DNA from: Escherichia phage vB_EcoM_JNE01 | DNA: 64,000 bases | Strand: one strand, 5' to 3' | Sequence record: OR670491 | Shown here: one piece after another, positions 51,450-61,476 of the stretch | Layout of the letters: each line of letters starts with the position of its first letter | How positions within the stretch are numbered: the first letter of the stretch is position 1 | The notes under the pieces: generated by a model | What the model saw: the letters and a program-made list of their open reading frames with translations, nothing else | Database searches by the model: none | Told to the model about the DNA's origin: nothing | Translations under genes and position numbers: made by a program

Positions 51450-53414
51450 ATGGCTAAGAAAGAAAGTGCAGTTCTTCAAGAACATGACGTACAACGATTG
51501 AATGACTACCAACATGCTCGACTACGTACAGAGATGTATCTTGGCTCTCGCTCTATCCACGAAAGTCAAGTACTGATTTTTGGTGAAAACGGATATGCTG
51601 TTAAAAATGTAGAATGGGTTCCGGCTATTCTTACTGCAACCCGTGAAATCATTGATAATAGCCTTGACGAATTCAAGAAAGCTGGTACTAAAGAACCAGT
51701 TCTTCGTGTCGAGTTTGATGAAGAAAACCTGTCATTCGAAATTAGTGATAATGGTCGTGGTATTCCTATTGACTACGTTCCTGAGTATCAGAAAAACCTT
51801 TGCACAATGGTAATGACTGAAACTAAAACTGGTCGTAACTTTGACGATTCTAAACGTGATGAAACTATCGGACAGAACGGTCTAGGTGGTTCAGTAGCGA
51901 TGATTGTTAGTTCTAAAGCTGAACTGGAAATTCATCGTCAGGGTCGCCCTTATAAAACACAGACCAGCAATGACCAATATGATGGTTTCTATAAGTACAA
52001 CCAGAAGTTTGAAGAAGGAACTATTATGTTCCCTGAGCTTCATGTACATGAACCAACCATTCGTAAGGTACAAACTGACAAAACTGGTACTACTATTCGA
52101 TTCACTCTAAGTACTGAAGTATTCCCGAATCGTGTATTACCAACAGAATTACTTTTTAGTATTCTAAAAGAAATGGCAGCAGCGAACCCTACGTACAAGA
52201 TTTTCCTTAATGGTAAACGTATGACTATCAAGGGTAGTACTGAAAAAGCACTGTTCAATGCATCTAAGCTGATGACCCTTAATGTTAAGGATGAGTCATT
52301 CAACTTTAACAGTACTTTCTACATTGTACCGAATGCTGTTTCCGACATGAACACAAACTTCCATATGCATGGTCTTGTGAACAACGCCCCTGCATTTGAT
52401 GGTGGTACACATCTTGACACGTTCAAGAAGTTCTTCTCGTTGGGTGTTGGTTCTGCTCTGGAGAAAGAAGCCAAGAAGCGTCGTATGAAGCCTAACCGTT
52501 CTGACATTGAAGAAGGTTTGCTAATCTATAACGTAACAACAATGAAAGCACCATCATTCAACTCACAGATTAAATCTAAACTAACAAACGAAAACGTTAT
52601 TCGTCCAATTCAACAAGCGATGAGTACTGAATGGTTTGATGAATTAGTTAAGAAGAACAAAGAATGGGTTGATGAAATCTTTGAACGTTGTGCAGCACGT
52701 ACCAACAAGAAAGATGCAGAAGAAGATCGCCGTCTTGCCAAAAAACTACTAAAAGGTAAAGTTGCAAAACTACTGGATAGTACTGGTGTTGACCGTAGTA
52801 ACTGTATTCTGTTGATTGCTGAGGGTGATTCTGCTATTTCAAACATGGCAAGTGCTCGTGATCCTAAAGTTCATGGTATTCTACCTTTACGTGGTAAAAT
52901 CATGAACGTAAGTGGTTCTGAGAAAACAAAAGAACTTATGGATTCTATGGCATTGCATGATATAATGGCGAGCATCAACTTGATCCCTGGTGTGAAAGCT
53001 GAACGTGCAGACCTTAACTACGGTAAGCTTTATATCTGTGCGGACGAAGATGAGGATGGTAAAAACATTGGTGCATTGGTTTGTAACTTCCTATACAAGT
53101 TCTGGCCTGAACTGTTCCAAGATCCAGAGAACCCATTTGTTTATGTGTTCAAAACACCATTCATCATTCTAGAGAAAGGTAAAGAATCCAAGTACTTCTA
53201 TGGTCATGATGTTGACCAGTACAATCCAGATGACTGGAAAGGCTGGAAAGCAACGCGTGCGAAAGGTCTTGGTACACTAGAGAAAGCAAACTTCCGTGAT
53301 GCTTTCACAAACAGTGTTGCAGTAGCAATCACCGATGATGGACGCTTAGGTGAAACACTGGATTTGATTTTCAACAAGAAACGTGCAGACGACCGCAAAG
53401 CTTGGATGGAATAA
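51450..53414 (+). CDS. 39: DNA topoisomerase II large subunit (T4 gp39-like, GyrB-type ATPase plus Toprim)
   Basis: GHKL motifs EIIDNSLDE and GLGGSVAM; Toprim EGDSA and ICADEDEDGKNIG. Confidence 0.9.
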   Translation: MAKKESAVLQEHDVQRLNDYQHARLRTEMYLGSRSIHESQVLIFGENGYAVKNVEWVPAILTATREIIDNSLDEFKKAGTKEPVLRVEFDEENLSFEISDNGRGIPIDYVPEYQKNLCTMVMTETKTGRNFDDSKRDETIGQNGLGGSVAMIVSSKAELEIHRQGRPYKTQTSNDQYDGFYKYNQKFEEGTIMFPELHVHEPTIRKVQTDKTGTTIRFTLSTEVFPNRVLPTELLFSILKEMAAANPTYKIFLNGKRMTIKGSTEKALFNASKLMTLNVKDESFNFNSTFYIVPNAVSDMNTNFHMHGLVNNAPAFDGGTHLDTFKKFFSLGVGSALEKEAKKRRMKPNRSDIEEGLLIYNVTTMKAPSFNSQIKSKLTNENVIRPIQQAMSTEWFDELVKKNKEWVDEIFERCAARTNKKDAEEDRRLAKKLLKGKVAKLLDSTGVDRSNCILLIAEGDSAISNMASARDPKVHGILPLRGKIMNVSGSEKTKELMDSMALHDIMASINLIPGVKAERADLNYGKLYICADEDEDGKNIGALVCNFLYKFWPELFQDPENPFVYVFKTPFIILEKGKESKYFYGHDVDQYNPDDWKGWKATRAKGLGTLEKANFRDAFTNSVAVAITDDGRLGETLDLIFNKKRADDRKAWME

Positions 53415-53467
53415 TATAGATTTTAGGGAGTGCAGGGTGTACTCCCTCATTACAAAGAGACAATGGA

Positions 53468-54880
53468 ATGGCTAAAAGTAAAAAGACAGACGATCAACAA
53501 ATTGTAAACACTAATCTAACACTACTAGACTATAATAGTTCAGACTATGTAAACACTACATCTCTTGAGTACTCAATGTACACATTAGACCGTGCAATCC
53601 CTGGTATTGATGGCCTTAAAAGTTCTCAACGTAAAGCAATCTTTACTTTATCTAAGGTCAGTGGTGAAATCAAAACCGTATCTTGTGCTGGTAAGATGAT
53701 TAGTGATGGTATCTATCTACATGGTGATATGTCCGCATCTGGTACATTACAGAACCTAGCATCACCTGTAGCAAACAACTACCCTCTCATTGGTAAACGT
53801 GGTGGCTTCGGTACTCAAGTTAACAGTACTCCAGCATCTGCTCGTTATACCTATGTGAAAAAGAATAAAAGTACTGAAATGCTTGTTCTCCGTGATATGG
53901 ATATTATTCCTATGAAAGAGAACTATGACGGTACAACAATGGAACCTATGTATTTCCTACCAATCATCCCACTATCTTTATTTGGTAACGATAGTATGTC
54001 AGTAGGTTATAAGAGTACAATTATGCCTCATAAGATTGAGGATGTAATTGATAACTGTATCCGTGCTATTGAGAAGAAGAAACTTAAAGAGATGACTCCT
54101 TATTATGTTTCTTGCGGAGCAAGTGATATCGTAACTAAGCTAGATGAGAACAAATATGAGTTCTACGGGAAAGCTGAAATCATTGATGCAAGCACTGTAA
54201 AAGTAACAGGTCTACCACCAAACTACGGAATTGAGAAGTTCATTGAGAAACTAATCAAGATGAGCGATGATGGTGATATCCGTGATTATGACAATGACAG
54301 TACTGATGTTATTGACATTACAATCAAGCTACCTCGTGGTACATCACAGAAGTGGGTTGAAAAGGATGCTATTGAGTATTTCGGCTTGCACAAGAAACTA
54401 ACCCAGCACTTAACCGTACTAGGTGAAAATGGTAAAGTTAAGGTGTATGATGATACATTGGAGTTGATTAAAGACTTCGTAAACTTCCGTTTCCAGTACT
54501 ACATTAAGCGTTATGAACGTAAACTACAGGAATGTGATGCTGAAGTTCGTTATAAAATCCTTATCAAAGAGTGTTTTGATAATGATATGATTGGTAAAGT
54601 TAAATCCTTTGCTAACCGCACCGAGATGGTAAACTTTGTTACATCAATGAATGGTGAAATTGAAGCAACTCCTGAAAACATTCAGAGTATTGTGAACTTC
54701 CCATCATATCGTTGGACACAGGACAACTACGCAGCAGTACTGGATGATATCCAAACCAATCTAGATCTCATGGATAAGTACAATGCTCTATTGGCTAACC
54801 ATGATTCAATATGGGATATCTATAAAGAAGAGTTAAAAGAACTACGTAAAGTCGATTTCACTCCTAAATCAGACGGTTAA
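53468..54880 (+). CDS. 52: DNA topoisomerase II medium subunit (T4 gp52-like, GyrA-type cleavage domain)
   Basis: Directly follows gp39-like gene; N-terminal winged-helix and tower layout of a type IIA cleavage core; 470 aa. Confidence 0.85.
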   Translation: MAKSKKTDDQQIVNTNLTLLDYNSSDYVNTTSLEYSMYTLDRAIPGIDGLKSSQRKAIFTLSKVSGEIKTVSCAGKMISDGIYLHGDMSASGTLQNLASPVANNYPLIGKRGGFGTQVNSTPASARYTYVKKNKSTEMLVLRDMDIIPMKENYDGTTMEPMYFLPIIPLSLFGNDSMSVGYKSTIMPHKIEDVIDNCIRAIEKKKLKEMTPYYVSCGASDIVTKLDENKYEFYGKAEIIDASTVKVTGLPPNYGIEKFIEKLIKMSDDGDIRDYDNDSTDVIDITIKLPRGTSQKWVEKDAIEYFGLHKKLTQHLTVLGENGKVKVYDDTLELIKDFVNFRFQYYIKRYERKLQECDAEVRYKILIKECFDNDMIGKVKSFANRTEMVNFVTSMNGEIEATPENIQSIVNFPSYRWTQDNYAAVLDDIQTNLDLMDKYNALLANHDSIWDIYKEELKELRKVDFTPKSDG

Positions 54881-54892
54881 CATATAATAGCG

Positions 54893-54922
54893 AGAAGACC
54901 TTATGGGTCTTCTTGTTTCTTT
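54893..54922 (+). terminator. rho-independent terminator
   Basis: AGAAGACC / GGTCTTCT stem followed by TGTTTCTTT. Confidence 0.6.
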
Positions 54923-54923
54923 A

Positions 54924-54931
54924 TATAAATA
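54924..54931 (+). promoter_or_regulatory. T4-type late promoter TATAAATA
   Basis: Exact TATAAATA about 40 nt upstream of the 54969 ATG. Confidence 0.5.
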
Positions 54932-54968
54932 ATCTATAGATAATCGTAGCGAGCTATGGAGAAATGAA

Positions 54969-57362
54969 ATGGCAATTTTTACCCCTCAATGGGATATAAA
55001 AGCTGATGCACGATACATACAAGAAGGACAGGATATTCTTGTACGCCTAAGTATCAATAAAGAAAGCACAACTAATGATAGCTATACTCTAAATGCTGAT
55101 GAATACTTAGAAATGATTCTGAATATTCAATGCTTAGATAGTTCAGGTGCAGTATTTTCAGCGGAATCACATTATACTATTAATGTTGGTGATGATTTAA
55201 ACAATTTACAACCTTTATCAACTGGTATCACAGGGAACAAACTAATCAATGGTAAACATAAATGTAAGATTACCAAGACTAGTTTTGAACTATCCAGTAC
55301 AGAACAATCACAAGACGTATATTACATAAAACTACACTGTATTGATGATGGTACATTTAACAGTACTGAACAAATAAACTTCTTTTTACAAGCAGTGAAT
55401 GTAATGTATTTTGGTAATATTTCACCTAGTGGTGAATTGCGTAATACTGAAGTGACAGTTACATATGATAGTCAAGAAGTATGGGTAACACCAGGTGTAG
55501 AGATTGGTGATGACAAGCAGCTATATTGCATTGGGGATGTTGAATACGGCTCTAACAGTACTTTATTCGTTCAGGGCTTTGGTCGCCGCAGACCGTTTAT
55601 TATCGGAACTGACACCAGTGATGACATTACCCCTAGAGTATTTTTTCCTGCATATCGTTTATTGGATATGGATATTTCTGAAGTGCCATCAAGACACATC
55701 ACTAATGATTATGCTATACTGCGACCATTGCCTGCCACATGGCCTTTGAATGGTATCAATAAAGAAGTTAAAGTTAATATCGAAGACAAGCAACGTAATG
55801 TTACAAACACTGGGCTGGTCTTTAACCCGAATGGTCAATTCCTGCAAACTTTCTTGTATGAATCTGATGCATGTGACTTGTACTTTAAAGTTGAAATAGT
55901 AGATATTCTTTCTATGTACACTGATGATAGTGAACGATTTGCAATTAACCAACGTTATAAAGCCTATCAGATGTGGGTATGTCCAGAAGACATTGATGGT
56001 ATATATGCAACTTCTGATAAACCATTACCGAATCATTTGTATCAATTAAAAGATAACGTAGTTTATCCATACGTAATCGTCGGTGAATATGACCTTGGTG
56101 AAACTAAACCAGTCTTTAATAGTTCCGACTGGAATGACTTAGGGTACTATGATGCAACGTTAGGTGAAAATATTATTGGTGAAACCAAAATGTTCAGAGT
56201 ACTAATGAACGCAGAAGAAGGAAGTACGATTAACTTCATTACTGATAGTGATTTAGGTACAGTTCACGTTGGCGAATACTTCGGTCATACAAACGTTGCA
56301 CAAATTCAAACTAACAGTACTAATCAGGTGTCTTATGTACTTGATGGTGGTGATAGTATTCAGAAGTATGGATTATATCTAACTCCTGATGGTTATATCG
56401 CAGGTACAGCTTATGCTAAAAGTATGGATTTTAGTGCAAATGATGATATAAAATTAGAATTCAAAGTGAAAGCATATGACACCACTGGTGCATCAGCTAC
56501 ACAAACATTCAAGCTGTCAATCGTTCGTGGATTTGGTCAGAACTATATAAGTGCACATATTGTTCCTTCAGTATCTTTGGAACGAGATTGGTTTAAATGT
56601 ATCAGTACTGCATCGTTTACTAACCAAGCATACCATCGTCAATCGGATGATAGATATGGATTACAGAAAGTTCCTCGTATGCTATTGAAAGAAAACTTCT
56701 TAAACCAGAACTATATCTATACAACACTAGGTAATCTGAAGAAAGTTCTAAGAGATAATATTGTAAATCCTGATGGTTCAACTATCCCTGATGGGAAGTT
56801 CAAGATGGTTTTAGGTAACTACAAAATCATGTCAGCACTTGACAACCAAGGTAACTTACAGTATGATTTATTATATCGTGAAGTGTTACCAGAAGGTTCA
56901 TTAGTTTCTGTGTCTAGAAAGCCACGCACCTACACCGATATACCTAACGGTTCCTTGGGTGAGTTGTTTGGATTGAGACAGAACATATATGATGTTATTG
57001 GTGAAGATACTACAAACTTACTGAAAGACCCAACGGATCTCCAAAACCGTGGTTTGTATGTAGATGCTATATCTGGGTTAAGTGAAGAAATGCTGGATAC
57101 TGTTCCAAGATTCATGAACCACCCATACCAAGAAGATGGTATTGTTAAACGCTTTATGCCTATAATTCCGGTTGCGTACTGTGCACCTGGGAAGGCAGAA
57201 GCATTCTTTAACACTTTACTTATGAACAATGAACATGCTAACATGGTCGGTGTGGAATTTGAAATTACCTCTGTTGAGTTCGGATACTGGACTAATGACG
57301 ACAATAATTATCTACATGATACATTCTTGATATCATTACAAAACAACAACTTAGGAGGATAA
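54969..57362 (+). CDS. large late protein, probable virion structural component
   Basis: 797-aa ORF preceded by a late promoter; beta-rich; no enzymatic motif recognised. Confidence 0.5.
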   Translation: MAIFTPQWDIKADARYIQEGQDILVRLSINKESTTNDSYTLNADEYLEMILNIQCLDSSGAVFSAESHYTINVGDDLNNLQPLSTGITGNKLINGKHKCKITKTSFELSSTEQSQDVYYIKLHCIDDGTFNSTEQINFFLQAVNVMYFGNISPSGELRNTEVTVTYDSQEVWVTPGVEIGDDKQLYCIGDVEYGSNSTLFVQGFGRRRPFIIGTDTSDDITPRVFFPAYRLLDMDISEVPSRHITNDYAILRPLPATWPLNGINKEVKVNIEDKQRNVTNTGLVFNPNGQFLQTFLYESDACDLYFKVEIVDILSMYTDDSERFAINQRYKAYQMWVCPEDIDGIYATSDKPLPNHLYQLKDNVVYPYVIVGEYDLGETKPVFNSSDWNDLGYYDATLGENIIGETKMFRVLMNAEEGSTINFITDSDLGTVHVGEYFGHTNVAQIQTNSTNQVSYVLDGGDSIQKYGLYLTPDGYIAGTAYAKSMDFSANDDIKLEFKVKAYDTTGASATQTFKLSIVRGFGQNYISAHIVPSVSLERDWFKCISTASFTNQAYHRQSDDRYGLQKVPRMLLKENFLNQNYIYTTLGNLKKVLRDNIVNPDGSTIPDGKFKMVLGNYKIMSALDNQGNLQYDLLYREVLPEGSLVSVSRKPRTYTDIPNGSLGELFGLRQNIYDVIGEDTTNLLKDPTDLQNRGLYVDAISGLSEEMLDTVPRFMNHPYQEDGIVKRFMPIIPVAYCAPGKAEAFFNTLLMNNEHANMVGVEFEITSVEFGYWTNDDNNYLHDTFLISLQNNNLGG

Positions 57363-57363
57363 T

Positions 57364-57675
57364 ATGTTCAATCCATTTTTTGACCCATCAACCTTTACTG
57401 ACAAAGAACTTCAGTTGAAGATTAACGAACAATCTATGCGTATTGCATCAGCCAGAGCAGCAGGGATGGGTGATGCTATTGTATCTAACATGCAAGTAGT
57501 ACTAAATCAGTGCTATGATGAAATTGAACTACGTCAAGGTACTAAAGAGAAAAGTACCTATGATGACGCAGATCCTTGTGTGTTTGATATGGAATCGTAC
57601 TTAACTGATAACGATGAGGATAGTAAGAAGAAAAATGAAAGTTCAAGGAAACAGATTTATAAGTCCCAATGGTGA
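57364..57675 (+). CDS. hypothetical protein
   Basis: ORF starting 2 nt after the upstream stop. Confidence 0.4.
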   Translation: MFNPFFDPSTFTDKELQLKINEQSMRIASARAAGMGDAIVSNMQVVLNQCYDEIELRQGTKEKSTYDDADPCVFDMESYLTDNDEDSKKKNESSRKQIYKSQW

Positions 57676-58153
57676 TGTAAAATGTAACCTGAACTCTGTT
57701 GTGTATGCAATCAACTGTGGTGCTGATATTCAGTACTTGCAGTTGGTTGACATTGATGAACCAGAACGACAGAAATTCAATGATAACTGTAGAAAATTCG
57801 GGTTAGAGCAGCGTATGCTGGATTACGAAATTGAGCATGATAAAAATCATGAACTTTGGCGTTATGATGCGGTATACGATAAGATTAACCTACGTGATTT
57901 TTTCCTGGAAAAATGTACATCTGACGCAGCACGTGAACGTGTTATGTATGAAATTGATTTATTCGAACACTACAATATGACCAAATTATTGCGTTGTATG
58001 ATTTGGCTAGTGGACTACATGGAAGACCATGAAATCTTCTGGGGCTTAGGTCGTGGTAGTTCAGTAGCTTCATATTGTTTGTTCCTGATTGATTTGCACA
58101 TGGTTGACTCACTGAAGTATAACCTAGATGTGAATGAATTTTTGAAATGGTAG
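57635..58153 (+). CDS. hypothetical protein
   Basis: ORF in the +1 frame overlapping the previous ORF by about 41 nt. Confidence 0.45.
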   Translation: MKVQGNRFISPNGDVKCNLNSVVYAINCGADIQYLQLVDIDEPERQKFNDNCRKFGLEQRMLDYEIEHDKNHELWRYDAVYDKINLRDFFLEKCTSDAARERVMYEIDLFEHYNMTKLLRCMIWLVDYMEDHEIFWGLGRGSSVASYCLFLIDLHMVDSLKYNLDVNEFLKW

Positions 58154-58162
58154 AGAAACACG

Positions 58163-58171
58163 TGATATAAT
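58163..58171 (+). promoter_or_regulatory. early-type promoter (TGATATAAT)
   Basis: ACACGTGATATAAT upstream of 58213. Confidence 0.5.
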
Positions 58172-58212
58172 GTTCGATGTGATGTTATATCTCAATTAAA
58201 AAGGATTTTTAT

Positions 58213-58557
58213 ATGTCTAAACATACAACTTATCGCGGTACTATTATTGATATGGATATGCTTAAGTATCAGAACCAACATCAAGTTGCATTAGGTAATG
58301 CAAACCTAAATGCTCGCGGTGATAAAATCGGTTCCGGTGGTACTGTGATTAAAACACGTGAAGAACTCATTCAAGAGAAAGAACGTGAAATGCAAATTCC
58401 TGACTTTGTTCCTGAGCACCAACTTCACAGTACTGAAATCGGTACAGACGATGGTTGGGATGATTCTAGCTTTGAAGTAGAACCATTCGAACAGGTAGAA
58501 CAAGTTTCTGAAGAGAAAAAAGCACCACGTCGTGCAAAAACTAAAGATCAGGAGTAA
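58213..58557 (+). CDS. hypothetical protein
   Basis: ORF; acidic C-terminal half. Confidence 0.45.
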   Translation: MSKHTTYRGTIIDMDMLKYQNQHQVALGNANLNARGDKIGSGGTVIKTREELIQEKEREMQIPDFVPEHQLHSTEIGTDDGWDDSSFEVEPFEQVEQVSEEKKAPRRAKTKDQE

Positions 58558-58560
58558 TCA

Positions 58561-58887
58561 ATGGCTGATAAAGTTATGGTAGCATGTAAAGGTAAAGTAC
58601 TGGTTACTGAGCTTGAGCATGGTGAACGTAAAACTGCTGGTGGCATTGTACTAACCAGTGATGATGGTAAAATTCGTGGCATTCGTTGTCGTTGGGCGAA
58701 AGTCTATTCTGTTGGTGAAGACATTACTGACATTAAAGAAGGTCAATGGATTCTAATTGACCACGGTCGTTGGTCACGTACAATTGAGATTGATGGTATT
58801 CAACTAAACCTAGTTGATTATCCCGCAGCAGTAAGCCTGGTATCTGATGAAGACCCACGTATCAAAGCACAAACCTTTGGTCGTTAA
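58561..58887 (+). CDS. 31: putative T4 gp31-type co-chaperonin (GroES fold)
   Basis: KTAGGIVLTSDDGKIRGIRCRWAKVYSVGEDITDIKEG resembles T4 gp31 [29 protein letters not shown]; 108 aa versus 111 aa. Confidence 0.5.
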   Translation: MADKVMVACKGKVLVTELEHGERKTAGGIVLTSDDGKIRGIRCRWAKVYSVGEDITDIKEGQWILIDHGRWSRTIEIDGIQLNLVDYPAAVSLVSDEDPRIKAQTFGR

Positions 58888-58901
58888 TACAATATAAAGA
58901 T

Positions 58902-58932
58902 AGCTCTGAACTATGTTCAGGGCTTTTTATTT
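58902..58932 (+). terminator. rho-independent terminator
   Basis: AGCTCTGAAC / GTTCAGGGCT stem with one G-U pair, followed by TTTTT. Confidence 0.6.
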
Positions 58933-58943
58933 GAGGTGTAAAA

Positions 58944-59213
58944 ATGATAACAGATGATGATAAATTCAGTTTCTGTGATGTGCAGTTAGTATCCAAAACT
59001 GGGCGATTTATGTTCGAAGACCGAAAGAACAATAAGTATGTTTATGAAGTTTCGCATGATATGTTTCGTGCATTATTAGTGATTGCAGCAAATTCACAAG
59101 CTACTGGACACAAGACCAAATACAATTCGTTTGATTTTCTTTTTAATCAACTAGAAATAACTGAAGATTTGTTTACTGCCCTTCTTTATGACCATAAAGA
59201 TTGGGTTCAATAA
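58944..59213 (+). CDS. hypothetical protein
   Basis: ORF. Confidence 0.4.
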   Translation: MITDDDKFSFCDVQLVSKTGRFMFEDRKNNKYVYEVSHDMFRALLVIAANSQATGHKTKYNSFDFLFNQLEITEDLFTALLYDHKDWVQ

Positions 59214-59242
59214 CCTGTTTATATACAAAAAGGAAAAACACT

Positions 59243-60196
59243 ATGACTACATTATGGACTGAAAAATACCGCCCAGCTACAATGGAAGATTACGTATCCA
59301 AGAATGATGCTCTACGTCAAAAACTAGAAGAGTGGATTCGCACTGGTGATATTCCACACATTGGGTTCTTTGGTCCCGCTGGTACTGGTAAAACCTCTGC
59401 TATTAAGGTTCTACTAAATGGTCTAGAAGCAAATGGTCATCTTGATCCAAGTGACGTTACTATCCTGAACATGTCCGATGAAGGTATCGATGCAGTTCGT
59501 GATAAAATCGATGCAGCAGCAAAACTGTCATGTTTCGGTCGTTACCGTATCTTCGTATTAGAAGAAATGGAGCAGATGAACCACAAAGCACAAGGTAGCT
59601 TGAAACGTGTAATGGAAGATTATCATGAGAATGCTCGCTTTATTCTTACTTCCAATGAACCCCATAAAATTCAAAAACCTATCATTTCTCGTGTACAGGT
59701 AATTACCATTGAGAAACATGATATGGAACAGTTCATGACTCGTATCATCAATATTTTGCTTGCTGAAGGTGTTGACCTAAGTTCCGAAGAAAGTATTGAC
59801 CAAGTTCAACAGTACATCAACGCTTCATATCCAGACTTCCGTAAAACACTAAACGTATTGCAGAGTTCGGTAGTTGATGGTAAACTTGTAAAACTTGAAG
59901 ACAGTATTGAAAACTCTGCTGGTTATCGTACTGCAATTGTAGATGCACTAAAAGCTGGTAACATTCGTCAGATGCGTGAACAAATCGTTCAGAACATCCC
60001 TGATGATGATATGGATGCGTTTTTCTCTTATCTATATCGTAATGCAGAAATGTTCAGTACTGATGAAATTACCCTGATGAAAATCAAGGTTAAGATTCGT
60101 GATGCAGTAGTTAAGCAAGCAACCGTATCTGACCGTGAGATGAACCTTAGTGCATTGCTGTGTGAAATTGACCTAATCTGTTCAGGGAACATGTAA
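59243..60196 (+). CDS. 44: clamp loader large subunit (T4 gp44-like, RFC-type AAA+)
   Basis: N-terminal LWTEKYRP; Walker A GPAGTGKTS; SRC-like ISRVQVI; start taken at the ATG at 59243. Confidence 0.85.
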   Translation: MTTLWTEKYRPATMEDYVSKNDALRQKLEEWIRTGDIPHIGFFGPAGTGKTSAIKVLLNGLEANGHLDPSDVTILNMSDEGIDAVRDKIDAAAKLSCFGRYRIFVLEEMEQMNHKAQGSLKRVMEDYHENARFILTSNEPHKIQKPIISRVQVITIEKHDMEQFMTRIINILLAEGVDLSSEESIDQVQQYINASYPDFRKTLNVLQSSVVDGKLVKLEDSIENSAGYRTAIVDALKAGNIRQMREQIVQNIPDDDMDAFFSYLYRNAEMFSTDEITLMKIKVKIRDAVVKQATVSDREMNLSALLCEIDLICSGNM

Positions 60197-60813
60197 TGAA
60201 AAAGAAATGTGCCGTTTGGGATTGTGACGAAGTATTACTTGACCATATCGGTGGGTTGTATTGGTTTGTTAAAGACCATTATGATATTCACCCAACTTCA
60301 CAATATCCAGTGAGTTACGATTTGCGTGCGTGGTTAGGTGGTATTACCTCCGTTGAAGTACAAGAGATTATCAAACACTTCAATCAAAACTCATATGAGT
60401 TTGGACTGCTTGAACCGTTAGAGCACAATACGGTTCAAATTATGCAAGAATTACGTGATAAGTTTCCTGATGTTCATTTTGCAGTACTGACAAAATCGGG
60501 AACACGTGGTCATGGTGAGGTTCTCCGCAAAGTAAACCTAATGAATGCCTTTGGTAGTTTGTTTGATGATATTATCATCGTTGAAATGCAAGAATCCAAG
60601 AAAGCTGCTTTACAGAAACTACAGAACCAGTACGATGTAAAATTCTTTGTGGATGATTACATTAAGAATATTGAAACTGCGATGGATTTGGATATTCCTG
60701 CTGTTATGATGCGTTCAAGTCATAACTTGGATTATAAAAACAACCACGAAGGATTCAAATATTGCAATAACTGGGCTGACTTACGTCTAGAAATTTATTC
60801 AATGATGAAGTAA
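60196..60813 (+). CDS. HAD-superfamily 5'(3')-deoxyribonucleotidase-like hydrolase
   Basis: N-terminal AVWDCDEVLLD fits HAD motif I (DxDxV) as in NT5C-type nucleotidases; VDDY near the C-terminus. Confidence 0.6.
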   Translation: MKKKCAVWDCDEVLLDHIGGLYWFVKDHYDIHPTSQYPVSYDLRAWLGGITSVEVQEIIKHFNQNSYEFGLLEPLEHNTVQIMQELRDKFPDVHFAVLTKSGTRGHGEVLRKVNLMNAFGSLFDDIIIVEMQESKKAALQKLQNQYDVKFFVDDYIKNIETAMDLDIPAVMMRSSHNLDYKNNHEGFKYCNNWADLRLEIYSMMK

Positions 60814-60819
60814 AAATAA

Positions 60820-60850
60820 GGGGAACATAGTTCCCCTTTCATTGTTTTTT
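60820..60850 (+). terminator. rho-independent terminator (GGGGAAC...GTTCCCC family)
   Basis: GGGGAAC / GTTCCCC stem followed by a T-rich tail. Confidence 0.65.
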
Positions 60851-60900
60851 AAAGTAGTAAATAGTATTATATGTGCTAGTTTTTAAGGATAATATAAAAC

Positions 60901-61476
60901 ATGGATGATTTAAATTATACAGATAATGCAATCCAACAGCTATATGATAACAGTGGTATGTTAGATATACTATTGGCTGTAGAGAAATACTTTGATGATA
61001 ATGATTTGTATGCATATCATGGAATCATTGAAGGTGAATTAGTTGAGGGTCCAATTGTAAGTAAGTACTGGTGTACTGTTACTTTCAAATATTACAGAGA
61101 GAATTTCCCTGATCCAACAGCTTTCTCAATTTTGGAAAAGCACGGAACAAAAGTCTACGTTAAAGCAGACTATGAAATCACTCCTATTAAAGCACCCAAC
61201 CGTCAACAAGATATGGAAAGTGTACCTACACAATCTGGTAGTGTTCGTATTCCAAAGAACGAAAGAATTCCTGTACTATTAGTTCGTGTACAAATTCCAC
61301 GTAACCTAATAAATCCAGAAAGTTTTGATGAATATAAATTGATGGCTGCTGAATTCAATAGCAATCCAATGAATGCACCAGAGCCGGATGTTACTGCTGA
61401 TGGTGGTGAAGACATTGATTTAGATGTTGATGTACAAGAGCAGGAACAGCCAAATCAACAAGAGGGTAATATGTAA
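60901..61476 (+). CDS. hypothetical protein
   Basis: ORF. Confidence 0.5.
   Translation: MDDLNYTDNAIQQLYDNSGMLDILLAVEKYFDDNDLYAYHGIIEGELVEGPIVSKYWCTVTFKYYRENFPDPTAFSILEKHGTKVYVKADYEITPIKAPNRQQDMESVPTQSGSVRIPKNERIPVLLVRVQIPRNLINPESFDEYKLMAAEFNSNPMNAPEPDVTADGGEDIDLDVDVQEQEQPNQQEGNM

Noticed and set aside
58561-58887. RegA translational repressor, expected near genes 44/45 in T4
   Set aside because: Sequence does not resemble RegA; the beta-rich pattern fits a GroES/gp31 fold better.
60196-60813. Clamp loader small subunit gp62, expected after gp44 by T4 synteny
   Set aside because: The N-terminus carries a clear HAD motif I (WDCDEVLLD) and shows no resemblance to gp62; called as HAD nucleotidase instead.
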